Shown piece after piece: positions 18,268 to 27,364 of a stretch of 45,951 nucleotides of DNA. Source of the DNA: Phycisphaerales bacterium. GTDB lineage: Bacteria > Planctomycetota > Phycisphaerae > Phycisphaerales > UBA1924. The translations under genes and the position numbers were made by a program. The number at the start of each line of letters is the position of its first letter. The stretch's first letter is position 1. The notes beneath the pieces were generated by a model. It ran no database searches and was not told the origin of the DNA. It saw nothing but the letters and a program-made list of their open reading frames with translations. Location of the stretch: assembly GCA_011053195.1 (NCBI GenBank), contig DRKT01000155.1, forward strand, positions 1 to 45,951. Direction: 5' to 3'.

Positions 18268-19434
18268 TTATCGAGATTCGGACAAGGGCGACCGCTCAAC
18301 TTTGGTGATCCACCCCCCACCGAGCACCAGATCGGGCTCGTCAGCACTGTAGAGCACGATCGCCTGCCCGGGTGTCACCGCACGCTGGGCCGAACCGAAT
18401 CGCACCCGAAAGCCCCTTGCCCCATCGTCACTGTCGCAGCGGTATTCCGCCTCCACCGCTTCGCCGTTGTACCGATGCCTTGCCAGGCAAGGTGCCCAGC
18501 CGGACACCTGAGGCCGAACCAGCCAATTCGCCTCATCCGCCTCGCACCCGACCGACTCCAGATCCGCAGCCGACCCGATCGTCACCGTGTTGGCCACCGG
18601 GTCCTTGTCCACGACATAGATCGGGTAGCCGAGCGCCACCCCCACCTTCCGCCGCTGCCCGATCGTCAGCCGATGCTGACCGTGATGCCTGCCCACGACC
18701 TTCCCGGAGGTGTCGAGGATGTCGCCGCAACGATCCTTCAACTCCGGCCTCTCGCGCTCGACCAGCGAGGCATAGTCATCATCCGGCACAAAGCAGATCT
18801 CTTGCGAGTCCGGCTTGTCAAACACCGGCAACCCGAACGCATGAGCCAATTCACGCACGCGCTGCTTGGATTCGATCTCACCGATCGGAAGAAGCGTCGT
18901 CCCCAGTTGCGCCGACGGAATCCCGAAAAGCACGTACGACTGGTCCTTGGCGGAGTCGATCCCGCGAAACAGGGCCGGCGCACCGGCATGCTCCCGAATC
19001 CGTGCATAATGCCCGGAAGCCACGCAGTCCGCCCCGATCAGCCTTGCCTGCTCGTGCAGTTTGCCGAACTTCAACCAGTCGTTGCACCGTACACACGGGT
19101 TCGGCGTCGTGCCCGAGGCGTACGACGCCACAAAGTAATCAATCACCCGCCGAAAGTCCCGCTTGAAGTTCAGCACATACAACGGAATATCAAGCTCCGC
19201 AGCCACGCGCCGGGCATCCATCGCATCGCCCACGGAACAGCACCCCTGCTTGTGCAGCCGGGTCGGCGAGGAATCACACCCGACCCGCTCCACATCTTCA
19301 AGCATCTCGCCGGGAGACCCGAGGCGCATAAACGCACCGACCACCTCGTAGCCTTGCCGCAGAAGCAGACCAGCCGCGACGGAGGAATCGACGCCGCCGG
19401 ACATCGCGAGCAGAACTTTGGGTTTGGTGGCCAT
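18268..19434 (-). CDS. mnmA: tRNA 2-thiouridine(34) synthase
   Basis: The PP-loop is LLAMSGGVDSSVAA, with conserved NPCVRCN and the C-terminal beta-barrel region. The ATG at 19434 lies just downstream of the upstream gene's stop (19463). Confidence 0.93.
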   Translation of the reverse strand: MATKPKVLLAMSGGVDSSVAAGLLLRQGYEVVGAFMRLGSPGEMLEDVERVGCDSSPTRLHKQGCCSVGDAMDARRVAAELDIPLYVLNFKRDFRRVIDYFVASYASGTTPNPCVRCNDWLKFGKLHEQARLIGADCVASGHYARIREHAGAPALFRGIDSAKDQSYVLFGIPSAQLGTTLLPIGEIESKQRVRELAHAFGLPVFDKPDSQEICFVPDDDYASLVERERPELKDRCGDILDTSGKVVGRHHGQHRLTIGQRRKVGVALGYPIYVVDKDPVANTVTIGSAADLESVGCEADEANWLVRPQVSGWAPCLARHRYNGEAVEAEYRCDSDDGARGFRVRFGSAQRAVTPGQAIVLYSADEPDLVLGGGWITKVERSPLSESR

Positions 19435-19462
19435 CTCGCCAATCGTAGAGGCCCGATCCGGA

Positions 19463-20542
19463 TCAATCGTCATCGCGGGGTTCGAGCTCGTAAATCTCAC
19501 CCGACTGCGAGGGTTCGATCCTCAGCCCGCTTGTCGATGCCTGGTGGCCGGCCGGAAAGGGGATCGTGCGGTTCTGAGTTGCCGGAGGTCCTCCACCCCC
19601 CTCGACCATATTCGGGGACATCACCGCCTTCTGGCGTTCAGCCGTTTCCCGCATCTCCTCCGCTCGACGCTTTGCGATTCGGATACTGCGGGCCCGGATC
19701 GCCGCGTTGTTGCGAATGGCCCAGGCGGCCATCGTCGACAACTGCACGAGCGAAACCATCGCCATCCCGAGCCCAAACAGGAAGAACAATCCCATCACGA
19801 GCGCAATGAGCGAGACCAAACCAATGAAAATGCCCATATGCGGCGCCAAAAAGCTCAGGATCACGTTCACCGGTCCGCAGAACCCGATCGCCCACGCCGA
19901 TGCCCGGAGCCGACTCCCCAGCCCATGGTCCCCCGCCCACAGCGCCAGCGATGTCAAATACACCAGCAATGGCACCAACGCCAGCACCGAGACCAACGAG
20001 AAAACCAGCACCCCCCAGAACGCCACCGAATACCACCCATTCCAGTTCCGCCCGGCAGCGACCTCGAACAGCACCGCAAAGCAGGCCAGCACCACCCAGG
20101 AAAGCTGGGCCGAGAGGACCAGCCGAAGCCACACCCGATTGTCGAGCGTCGCATCCGGCACAGTGACATTCTGAAGCGGTCTCGGCCGGGTCACGATCCA
20201 GTTCGATAAAAACCAGAGCACCGAACCCACACTCAGCGCCAACGCCGCGGTGACCCCGTTGAAATCCGCCAGCGAGACCAGCCCGATCCCGAGGATCAAC
20301 GCCGCGATGGCCGCCCCAGAAAGCCCAATCGAGAGCAGCCTCAGGTATGTCCGCGGCGCATCGGTCAGGTTGTCTCCGCTCGGAAACCTTCTCGATGGTG
20401 TCGGAATCGGGAAGCCGCACTCCGGGCACAAGCCGCCCGCAGGTAGCCCGAGCAGCGAGTAGCCGCAGTTGTTGCACCCTCGGTCCTCGGTGATCAGTTC
20501 ACCGCCCGAAGCCGCCGGATTCAGTGCTGAGGATCGGGTCAT
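19463..20542 (-). CDS. Membrane protein with an N-terminal zinc ribbon (CxxC-x12-CxxC) and about 7 TM helices
   Basis: CNNCGYSLLGLPAGGLCPEC is followed by multiple hydrophobic segments. GC3 is coding-like. I recognise no family. Confidence 0.65.
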   Translation of the reverse strand: MTRSSALNPAASGGELITEDRGCNNCGYSLLGLPAGGLCPECGFPIPTPSRRFPSGDNLTDAPRTYLRLLSIGLSGAAIAALILGIGLVSLADFNGVTAALALSVGSVLWFLSNWIVTRPRPLQNVTVPDATLDNRVWLRLVLSAQLSWVVLACFAVLFEVAAGRNWNGWYSVAFWGVLVFSLVSVLALVPLLVYLTSLALWAGDHGLGSRLRASAWAIGFCGPVNVILSFLAPHMGIFIGLVSLIALVMGLFFLFGLGMAMVSLVQLSTMAAWAIRNNAAIRARSIRIAKRRAEEMRETAERQKAVMSPNMVEGGGGPPATQNRTIPFPAGHQASTSGLRIEPSQSGEIYELEPRDDD

Positions 20543-20590
20543 GGGGCGCCTTGTTCCGCACTACCAGTGTACCGGAAAGACACCGCCGCC

Positions 20591-21388
20591 TCAGCCCGCG
20601 CCGACGCCCGAAACAGATTCCACCGCATTCTGGAAGATCCTGAGCCCCGGCGTCGTCCGATCGAAGCCCCCCCGCTCCAGTGCGGTCCATGCCGGATGCC
20701 GAGTCCACTCCAGATACCGCTCCGGGTGGGGCATCAACCCGAAGACCCGACCCGTCGGGTCACAGATCCCCGCGATCCGGTCCACCGAGCCATTGACATC
20801 CACCGATGTGCGCAGCACCACTTGGCCACCGGACTTCAGACGTTCAACAACCGATGGCCCGGCAACAAATCGCCCCTCGCCGTGCGCGATCGGAAGCTGC
20901 ATCACCGATCGGCGCTCGCTTCCGGTCCACGCCTCCGCGAGCCCCTTCGTCCAGACACACCGAGATGCCGGCTCAAACTCCACCCCGACCCATCGCGCCT
21001 GGAACCGACCCGATACATTGGCGCCAAGCCCGACAACCCGCCCCGCGCCCGTATCCGATCCGAACCCGGGCAGCAACCCGCTCTGGACGAGCACCTGAAA
21101 TCCGTTACACACCCCGAGAATGCACGTTCCGCGAGCCACTGCCGACCGCAGCCGATCCGCGAGCCGCCGGCGGATGTGCATCGCCATGATCCGGCCCGAA
21201 GCCACATCATCCCCATACGAAAATCCGCCCGGCAACCCGACCAACTCGACGCCATCAAGACGCGAGGGATCGCGGATCAGGGCATCAAGATGGACCAACT
21301 GAGTCTCCGCCCCGGCCAACGCGAACCCACGGAGCATTTCCTGCTCGCAATTCGTCCCAGCGGTCCGGATGACCAGAGCCTTCGGCAT
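20591..21388 (-). CDS. purQ: Phosphoribosylformylglycinamidine synthase, glutamine amidotransferase subunit
   Basis: Begins at MPKALVIRTAGTNCE, with catalytic Cys in LGVCNGFQ, then IAHGEGRF and MPHPER. The longer ORF to 21622 was rejected. Confidence 0.9.
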   Translation of the reverse strand: MPKALVIRTAGTNCEQEMLRGFALAGAETQLVHLDALIRDPSRLDGVELVGLPGGFSYGDDVASGRIMAMHIRRRLADRLRSAVARGTCILGVCNGFQVLVQSGLLPGFGSDTGAGRVVGLGANVSGRFQARWVGVEFEPASRCVWTKGLAEAWTGSERRSVMQLPIAHGEGRFVAGPSVVERLKSGGQVVLRTSVDVNGSVDRIAGICDPTGRVFGLMPHPERYLEWTRHPAWTALERGGFDRTTPGLRIFQNAVESVSGVGAG

Positions 21389-21463
21389 CTGCGTACCATA
21401 GGCCACGGCGGTCTGCGTGCCGATGCACGCCAGCCGACACCCGAATCGTGAGGAGAGCCACAC

Positions 21464-22816
21464 ATGCCAGCGGTCTACCCCTTCAAGCCTTTGCAGTACC
21501 ACAAAGGCGCCGGCGACGTCACCCAGCTCGTGGCCCCTCCATACGACGTCCTCGACGAATCTCACAAGCAGGCCCTCATCGACTCCGATGCGCACAACAT
21601 CGTCACCATCGATCTCCCCCACCTGCCCGCCAAAGAGCTCGGCCCGGAATCCACATACGCCAACGCCGCCGAAACGCTCAAGTCATGGCTCAACTCGGGC
21701 ATCCTCAGCCAACGCACCACGCCCGCCATGTTTGCCTACAGACAAACATTCGAGTTCCGGGGCAAGCACTACCAACGCTGCGGCATGACGTGCACCGTCG
21801 AAACCCTCCCACTCGGTCCACGCCAGGGCGGCGGCATCCTCCCGCATGAACAAACCTTCAGCGGCCCCAAAGAAGACCGCTTCGCGCTCATGAAGGCCAC
21901 CGCCACACAACTCAGCCCGATCTTCGGACTCCACCCCGACGAACGAGGTATCGCCAGCGAACTCGTGCGCTCCATCATGGAATCCCGCGACCCCGACATG
22001 ACCGCCACCGTCACCGAAACCGACGGTCAGGATGTCCTGCACGAGGTCTGGACCATCGAAGATGAACCGACCATCGCCGCCTACCGCGAAGCCCTGGCCA
22101 GCGAAGATGTCTTCATCGCCGATGGGCACCACCGATACACCACCGGTGTCAACTACCTTCAGCACCTCGAATCCCAGGGCGAAGTCCCCGAAGACCACCC
22201 CGCAAGGCGGTGCATGATCGTTCTGGTCAGCATGTCCGATCCGGGGCTCGCGATCGGCCCAACGCACAGGGTGCTCGGCGGAATGAAGGACTATTCCCAC
22301 GAGAAATTCATCGAGGCCTCGGGCGGCATCCTCCAGATCGACCCCGTCGTTAACGACCCGCACCTCATCGAGGGCGAGATGGACAAGGCCGCCACCACCG
22401 CCAAGGAAGTCTTCGGCGTCATCGACTTCGCCACCGGGCTCTGCTGGGTGGCACACTGTGTCGACGAGGACCCGCTCAGCGAACGATTCCCCGACAAACC
22501 AGAGGCCTGGCGGGAGCTCGACGTCGCCATACTCCAGCATGTCATCGTCGAAGAGATCTGCGAGCCCGAACTCAACGGCGGCGAACCCATCACCTGGGCT
22601 TTTCCACACACCATCGAAGAAGTCATGGCCATCGGTTCGGGCAAGCAAACCGGCGCCGGCGGCGGCTCAGGCTTCGCGCAGCTCGCGCTGATCGTCCGCC
22701 CGACCCCGCTCGAAGCCGTCCGCGACATCTGCCTCGCGGGCGAGTTGATGCCGCAGAAATCAACCTTCTTCTACCCGAAGCTCGCGACTGGACTGTTCAT
22801 CAACCCGCTTGGCTGA
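21464..22816 (+). CDS. DUF1015 domain-containing protein
   Basis: N-terminus MPAVYPFKPLQY...VAPPYDV with an ADGHHRY motif, as I recall being typical of DUF1015. GAGGAGAG lies upstream of the ATG. Confidence 0.85.
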   Translation: MPAVYPFKPLQYHKGAGDVTQLVAPPYDVLDESHKQALIDSDAHNIVTIDLPHLPAKELGPESTYANAAETLKSWLNSGILSQRTTPAMFAYRQTFEFRGKHYQRCGMTCTVETLPLGPRQGGGILPHEQTFSGPKEDRFALMKATATQLSPIFGLHPDERGIASELVRSIMESRDPDMTATVTETDGQDVLHEVWTIEDEPTIAAYREALASEDVFIADGHHRYTTGVNYLQHLESQGEVPEDHPARRCMIVLVSMSDPGLAIGPTHRVLGGMKDYSHEKFIEASGGILQIDPVVNDPHLIEGEMDKAATTAKEVFGVIDFATGLCWVAHCVDEDPLSERFPDKPEAWRELDVAILQHVIVEEICEPELNGGEPITWAFPHTIEEVMAIGSGKQTGAGGGSGFAQLALIVRPTPLEAVRDICLAGELMPQKSTFFYPKLATGLFINPLG

Positions 22817-23315
22817 TCTTGGCCTTGGCCAAGGCGTCCTGAATCCAGCTCTTTGTTTGCCGGACATTCATCACACCGGTGGTGCGCGACACGACCTGCC
22901 CATCGCGCACCAGAATCAGTGTCGGGATCGAGTTGATCCCCAGTGACCGGGCCTCATCCGGGTGCTCGTCGATATCGAGATACACCGGCTCCGTGGTTTC
23001 GGTAATCAGCTGGCCGACCGACTCATCACTCAACGCCCCGCGTTTGAACGACTGGCAGGGCCCGCACCACGAGGCGGTCGCCAGAATAAGCAACGGCTTG
23101 CCGCTCTTGTCCGAACGTTGCGATGCTGCTGACATCGTGGTGTGATTGGCGAAGGCTTGCGGAGTCTGCGCCGGTCGGCCGTTCATCTTGAAAACCACGA
23201 TCGCTGCAAAGCTTGCAAGAATGATCAGCCCGAAAATCAGATCCGCTTTCGACCAACCCCGATCAAACACCCGGACCGCGGTACGTGTTCGCCTCGTTGC
23301 CTTCCCGCTTTGCAT
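22800..23315 (-). CDS. Membrane-anchored thioredoxin family protein
   Basis: A TM anchor LIFGLIILASFAAIVVF, a WCGPC active site, and cis-Pro context SIPTLIL. Its 3' end overlaps the 3' end of the DUF1015 gene by 17 nt (convergent). Confidence 0.8.
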   Translation of the reverse strand: MQSGKATRRTRTAVRVFDRGWSKADLIFGLIILASFAAIVVFKMNGRPAQTPQAFANHTTMSAASQRSDKSGKPLLILATASWCGPCQSFKRGALSDESVGQLITETTEPVYLDIDEHPDEARSLGINSIPTLILVRDGQVVSRTTGVMNVRQTKSWIQDALAKAKISQAG

Positions 23316-23395
23316 CGCCCAGCTCCAACTCAAACCACAGACCACCCGAGACCCGCAAAGCCAAACACCGCTGCCCCGCCCGACTATTCCGGCCT

Positions 23396-24385
23396 CTACC
23401 ACACCGCCAGCTCGCCCGTCACTGGTTCGACCAGATCCTTGATCGTCACGAGCCCGATCGGGCGTCCCTTGGCATGGACCACCGCGAGTGTCGCATTCTC
23501 GGACCTCATCGTCTGCAACGCTTCACGCGCCGACAAATCGACATCCAGCATCATCACCGGTTTCATCAGCCGACGAATTGGGACATCGGGATCGAGAAAA
23601 AGATCCCTGGCACGCACCACGCCGAGCACCGCGCCCCGACGATCAACCACCGGGTATCGGCCCTTGCCCGACTCGGCTGCCCGACGACGTCCGGCCTCCG
23701 GCGAGATATCAACACGGAGCCTGCTCACACGCGCCCAGGGAATCATCTCATCGTGAAGCCTCGCATCACGAAACGCGATCGCACGACGCACAAGATCCGC
23801 CTGTGCTTCGGACACAATCCCCTGCCCAACAGCCTCGCGCACAAGCCAGACCATGTGTTCCCGATCTTCCGAAGGGATCGCCGAGCCCGGCGCCCCCACC
23901 ATGCGCTGCGCCAGTTTGCCCATCAACACGACCAGCGGCAGTGTCAGCGTCGCCGTGAGCACATACCGGGCCGCACGCATCACCGGGGCAAACACGTACG
24001 CCAGCCGTTCCGCCGACATCCGGAACAGTTCTTTCGGCAACGTCTCCGCAAACACAAACAACACCGGCGTCAGCAGCAACGTATTGACCGCCGAGATCTG
24101 CCAGGACACCAATCCAAAGCCATCCAATACACGCGCTATGGCCAGAATCCCGATGTAATTGCTCGCATTGTTGAGAATCAAAAGACTTGCGAGCATCTGC
24201 TCGGGCCTGTCCAGTTCGGCCTTGAGCACCCGAGCCAGCTGATCCGGCTCGGGCTTTCGAACACGGGCCTCAAGCCGAGGACGACCGACCACATACATCG
24301 CCGTCTCCAGCCCGCTCCACAGAGCCGACAGCCCGATCCCCAGCACAAAGAGCACCACCCAGAATGTGAGCTCGATCCTGGTCAT
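23396..24385 (-). CDS. CNNM/DUF21 transmembrane domain plus CBS-pair protein (hemolysin-family), no CorC_HlyC domain
   Basis: The N-terminal DUF21 has GLETAM, and the CBS pair ends in RPIGLVTIKDLVE. The protein stops right after the CBS pair. Confidence 0.85.
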   Translation of the reverse strand: MTRIELTFWVVLFVLGIGLSALWSGLETAMYVVGRPRLEARVRKPEPDQLARVLKAELDRPEQMLASLLILNNASNYIGILAIARVLDGFGLVSWQISAVNTLLLTPVLFVFAETLPKELFRMSAERLAYVFAPVMRAARYVLTATLTLPLVVLMGKLAQRMVGAPGSAIPSEDREHMVWLVREAVGQGIVSEAQADLVRRAIAFRDARLHDEMIPWARVSRLRVDISPEAGRRRAAESGKGRYPVVDRRGAVLGVVRARDLFLDPDVPIRRLMKPVMMLDVDLSAREALQTMRSENATLAVVHAKGRPIGLVTIKDLVEPVTGELAVW

Positions 24386-25674
24386 GCATCACCACCCGAC
24401 CCATGCCCGTCATCTACAAGCTCGATCTCGACCCGTTCGATCGCCCGTCCCTCAAGCTCGGCAACCCTCAATCGAAGCCGGCCGAGATGCACCGCATCAC
24501 CGACCTCCGGCAACCGCCCGAGCAGCGCCAACACCACGCCACCGATCGTCGTCACCCGACCGAGGACATCGTCCGCGATGTGCGGGTCGAAGCCCTCAAC
24601 CAACGTCCTGGCCGGAAATCGCCCCGGTACGCTGAACCGCCCGAGCCCGATCAGCCGCACCTCGCCTTCAGGCTCCTCCGGGTCGGCGGCCTCGTCAATC
24701 AGTTCCGCGACCACATCCTCGACACGAACCACTCCGACAAGTTCGCCACGCTCATCAACCACCGCAGCACGATCCGAACCCCGCTCGCGCAGCAGCTCAA
24801 GCAACGCATCGAGCCGGGCCTGCTCGGGCACAAAAAGGGGAGATTCGACCGTGCGCTGCACAGCATCCGCTGGTGACAGATGCGCCTGCGCCAGGTACCG
24901 CGTCGGGTTGAGAAAGCCCATCGGCGAGCCGTCGGGATTCATCAGCAGAATCTGCTCCGGATCATGCTCACGGATGTACGACACCAGCCGCCCGTGGTCG
25001 CTGTCCGCCGGAAGGGTGTCCAATTCAACGCGAGGCGTTTGCACATCGCGAGCTCGCAGCGATCCCAGACGAAGAACATCGACCAACAGCCTTTGCTCAT
25101 AGGGATCGATGCTCTGACCATCCGTCGGCGACTGGATGAGATGTTCCAGTTCCAGCGCACTGATCGGGGTTTTTCCTTCTCCCGTCGGTGAGAACAGCCG
25201 AGCCAGTGGTGCGATGACACCCCTGTCCATCACCGACCAGACCGGCCACAGCGAACGGAGCAAGAGCAGCCAGACACCGGCGCTCAGCCGACAGAAAAGC
25301 ACCCGGTGTGAAGCCGCGACCATCTTGGCAATCACTTCGCCGAACAGGATCAGCGCCAAAAGCGACCCGCCCGCCACCGCCACGCCCAAACCGGTGTGCC
25401 CCTTGGTCTCAAGATGCAGCACGACAATCGAGGACAGCGTGAAGTAGAACACATTGATCAGCATGTTGGCCAGCAGGATCGCGGTGAGCAGAGGCCGGGG
25501 CTTGTTCAACAGCGCTTCGACTGAAGCCAATGTCCGAGGATTCCGTCGGCGAAGCGCCATGCGGTCGGACTGGCCGAACCCAAACAGTGCGGTTTCCGAG
25601 CCACTGACCAAACCCGAAAGCAGCAGGATTGCGGGCATCACGACAAACAGCAGGATGAGGTCGCCGAGCGTCAT
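24382..25674 (-). CDS. CNNM/DUF21 plus CBS-pair plus CorC_HlyC domain protein (hemolysin-family / Mg-Co efflux-like)
   Basis: DUF21 (SGSETALF), a CBS pair, and a C-terminal CorC-like segment GDAVHLGRLRLRVAELEGRAIERVEI. There is a 4-nt overlap with the downstream paralog. Confidence 0.88.
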   Translation of the reverse strand: MTLGDLILLFVVMPAILLLSGLVSGSETALFGFGQSDRMALRRRNPRTLASVEALLNKPRPLLTAILLANMLINVFYFTLSSIVVLHLETKGHTGLGVAVAGGSLLALILFGEVIAKMVAASHRVLFCRLSAGVWLLLLRSLWPVWSVMDRGVIAPLARLFSPTGEGKTPISALELEHLIQSPTDGQSIDPYEQRLLVDVLRLGSLRARDVQTPRVELDTLPADSDHGRLVSYIREHDPEQILLMNPDGSPMGFLNPTRYLAQAHLSPADAVQRTVESPLFVPEQARLDALLELLRERGSDRAAVVDERGELVGVVRVEDVVAELIDEAADPEEPEGEVRLIGLGRFSVPGRFPARTLVEGFDPHIADDVLGRVTTIGGVVLALLGRLPEVGDAVHLGRLRLRVAELEGRAIERVEIELVDDGHGSGGDA

Positions 25675-25693
25675 GGTGAGGATTCGATCATGG

Positions 25694-26197
25694 TCACGTG
25701 GGGCGAGCCTGCTCGATCATCCGCTCGATGTATCGCCAGGCGTTGAGCTGGGTCCGGATCTCTCGAAGCACACCATCATCGGATGATCGTTCTGCCGACG
25801 CCAAGAGATCGCCGACACGCTGGATGAATGTTTCCCGCTGGCGCTCTGCCCACTGCCGCGATCTGGCCAGTGCCTCAGCGTCTTTGGATTCGACGGCTTG
25901 TTCCAGTTCGAGCCGGGCCTCCATGATGTCCATGAGAAAGCCATCAGGCAGGTCGTTGAGCTGTTCGCCGGAGGGCCCGCCGAGCCGGCCCAGCAAGGCC
26001 GAAGCCCGGGACTCCGGATTGAGCAGTCTGTTTCGGGCATCGGTGAGTCGGGCGGCTCGGGTCGCTGCCTCCGGATCGTTCGTACCCAGATCAGGGTGGA
26101 TCCTTGCCATCTGCAGCAAAAAATTTCGCTCGACCTCGTCCGGATCCAGATCGAAACGTGCTGGGCATAAGAGACAATCGAATGGGTCGTCGGCCAT
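25694..26197 (-). CDS. hscB: HscB-like J-domain Fe-S cluster co-chaperone
   Basis: The sequence aligns by eye to E. coli HscB: DPFDCLLCPARFDLD..., an HPD motif in ARIHPD, FLMDIMEARLELEQA, and a C-terminal helical bundle. The longer ORF to 26785 was rejected. Confidence 0.72.
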   Translation of the reverse strand: MADDPFDCLLCPARFDLDPDEVERNFLLQMARIHPDLGTNDPEAATRAARLTDARNRLLNPESRASALLGRLGGPSGEQLNDLPDGFLMDIMEARLELEQAVESKDAEALARSRQWAERQRETFIQRVGDLLASAERSSDDGVLREIRTQLNAWRYIERMIEQARPT

Positions 26198-26266
26198 GGG
26201 TATGCTGAGGATAGCGATCTTCGGGTGTGACCATCGGCATTGACACGGGATATCGCGGAATCGAGG

Positions 26267-26974
26267 ATGGATACGGTGACACAGCCGGGACACATCGGGA
26301 TCGTGGCCGTCAGCCCCGAGGGGGCGGCGCTGTGCTATCGGCAGATCTTCCGCAACATTTCCAAACATTTCCCAAATTCTAAGCCACCTCGCGTCACGGT
26401 TCACAACGAACCGTTCCCGGACTATTTGGACTGTGTTCGCCGGGACGACTGGACCGGCGTTGCGGAGTTGCTGATCCGATCGGCGAACATTCTGCACCGG
26501 GTCGGGGTGGACTTCGTGCTGACGCCGGACAACGCGGTTCAGCACGGTGTCATGATCGCAGAACACCAGTCCAAGGTCCCGTGGCTGACGATGACGGACC
26601 TTGTCGCCGAGGCACTCGAATCGAACAACCACAGAACAGTCGGGATCCTGGGGACGCGCTACGTCACCCAAGGTTCGGCGTACCAGACCGCCCTCGGGCT
26701 TCGTGGCATCAAACTCCAGGCACCCAGTCCGGAGGATGTGGACCGACTCGATGAGATCATTTTCAGGGAACTGATCTACGGCCATGCCAAACCGGACTCC
26801 CGGCGTGCCATTTTGGAGATCATCGATCGCCTGCGCGAACGGGGCTGCGAGGCATTGGTGGTCGCCTTGAGCGAGGCGCCGCTGCTTCTGGATGAGGCGA
26901 CTGCATCATTGCCGACCTTCGATGCAGTTGATCTGTTGGCGTTCGGTGCGATACGCCGAGCCGTCCCTGGCTGA
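26267..26974 (+). CDS. Asp/Glu/hydantoin racemase family protein (non-canonical active site)
   Basis: The layout is racemase-like: IGIVAVSPEGA, LTPDNAVQH in place of PCNTAH, and GCEALVVALSEAPLL in place of ...ILGCTELPLL. The start is either TTG at 26240 or ATG at 26267. Confidence 0.78.
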   Translation: MDTVTQPGHIGIVAVSPEGAALCYRQIFRNISKHFPNSKPPRVTVHNEPFPDYLDCVRRDDWTGVAELLIRSANILHRVGVDFVLTPDNAVQHGVMIAEHQSKVPWLTMTDLVAEALESNNHRTVGILGTRYVTQGSAYQTALGLRGIKLQAPSPEDVDRLDEIIFRELIYGHAKPDSRRAILEIIDRLRERGCEALVVALSEAPLLLDEATASLPTFDAVDLLAFGAIRRAVPG

Positions 26975-27364
26975 TTCGTCAGCGGGATCATTGCCTTTGG
27001 CAGCACGATCTGGAAGATTCTGGTCCTCGAAACCCGCTCCCGGTGGACGCGCGGAGCGAATCCGTGGTATTCTCCGTGTGTTCCCCGGCCCGGCGCCGGG
27101 CGGGGGCCGGCCGATCGTTGTCGGGAACAGCGGTCACTGGCGGTTCGCATGGGCTTGTGTCGGGAGTTGGTATGGGACGGTGTTCGTCCCCGGCTTGTGT
27201 CACGGCAGAGCAACAAGCGTGCAAAGGACTGCATGCATCCCCACCGCGGACATTCACAAGGATGAGTTTGTTGGGCCATACGCCGGCGACGCGCCGGATC
27301 GGCCGGTAGTTTTGATCCCGCGTGCCGAGCCGGCTTGCGGTGCATCTCAAAGACGGAGCGAATC

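Noticed and set aside
17054-19809. Long plus-strand ORFs (17054-18352 and 18475-19809) antisense to the halogenase-like gene and mnmA
   Set aside because: These are shadow ORFs with extreme Arg/Pro content. The opposite strand carries clear family motifs.
23285-25102. A 605-aa plus-strand ORF antisense to the two DUF21-CBS genes
   Set aside because: A shadow ORF, low-complexity and R/P/H/S-rich.
26198-26785. An N-terminal 196-aa extension of the hscB ORF (the full ORF is 25694-26785)
   Set aside because: The extension lies antisense to the racemase-family gene and has no HscB similarity. The HscB homology begins exactly at the internal ATG (26197).
27088-27101. The GC palindrome GCCCGGCGCCGGGC as a terminator of the racemase-family gene
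   Set aside because: As a hairpin it gives only about a 5-bp stem with a tiny loop, and no T-tract follows. It is kept only as part of the leader-region observation.
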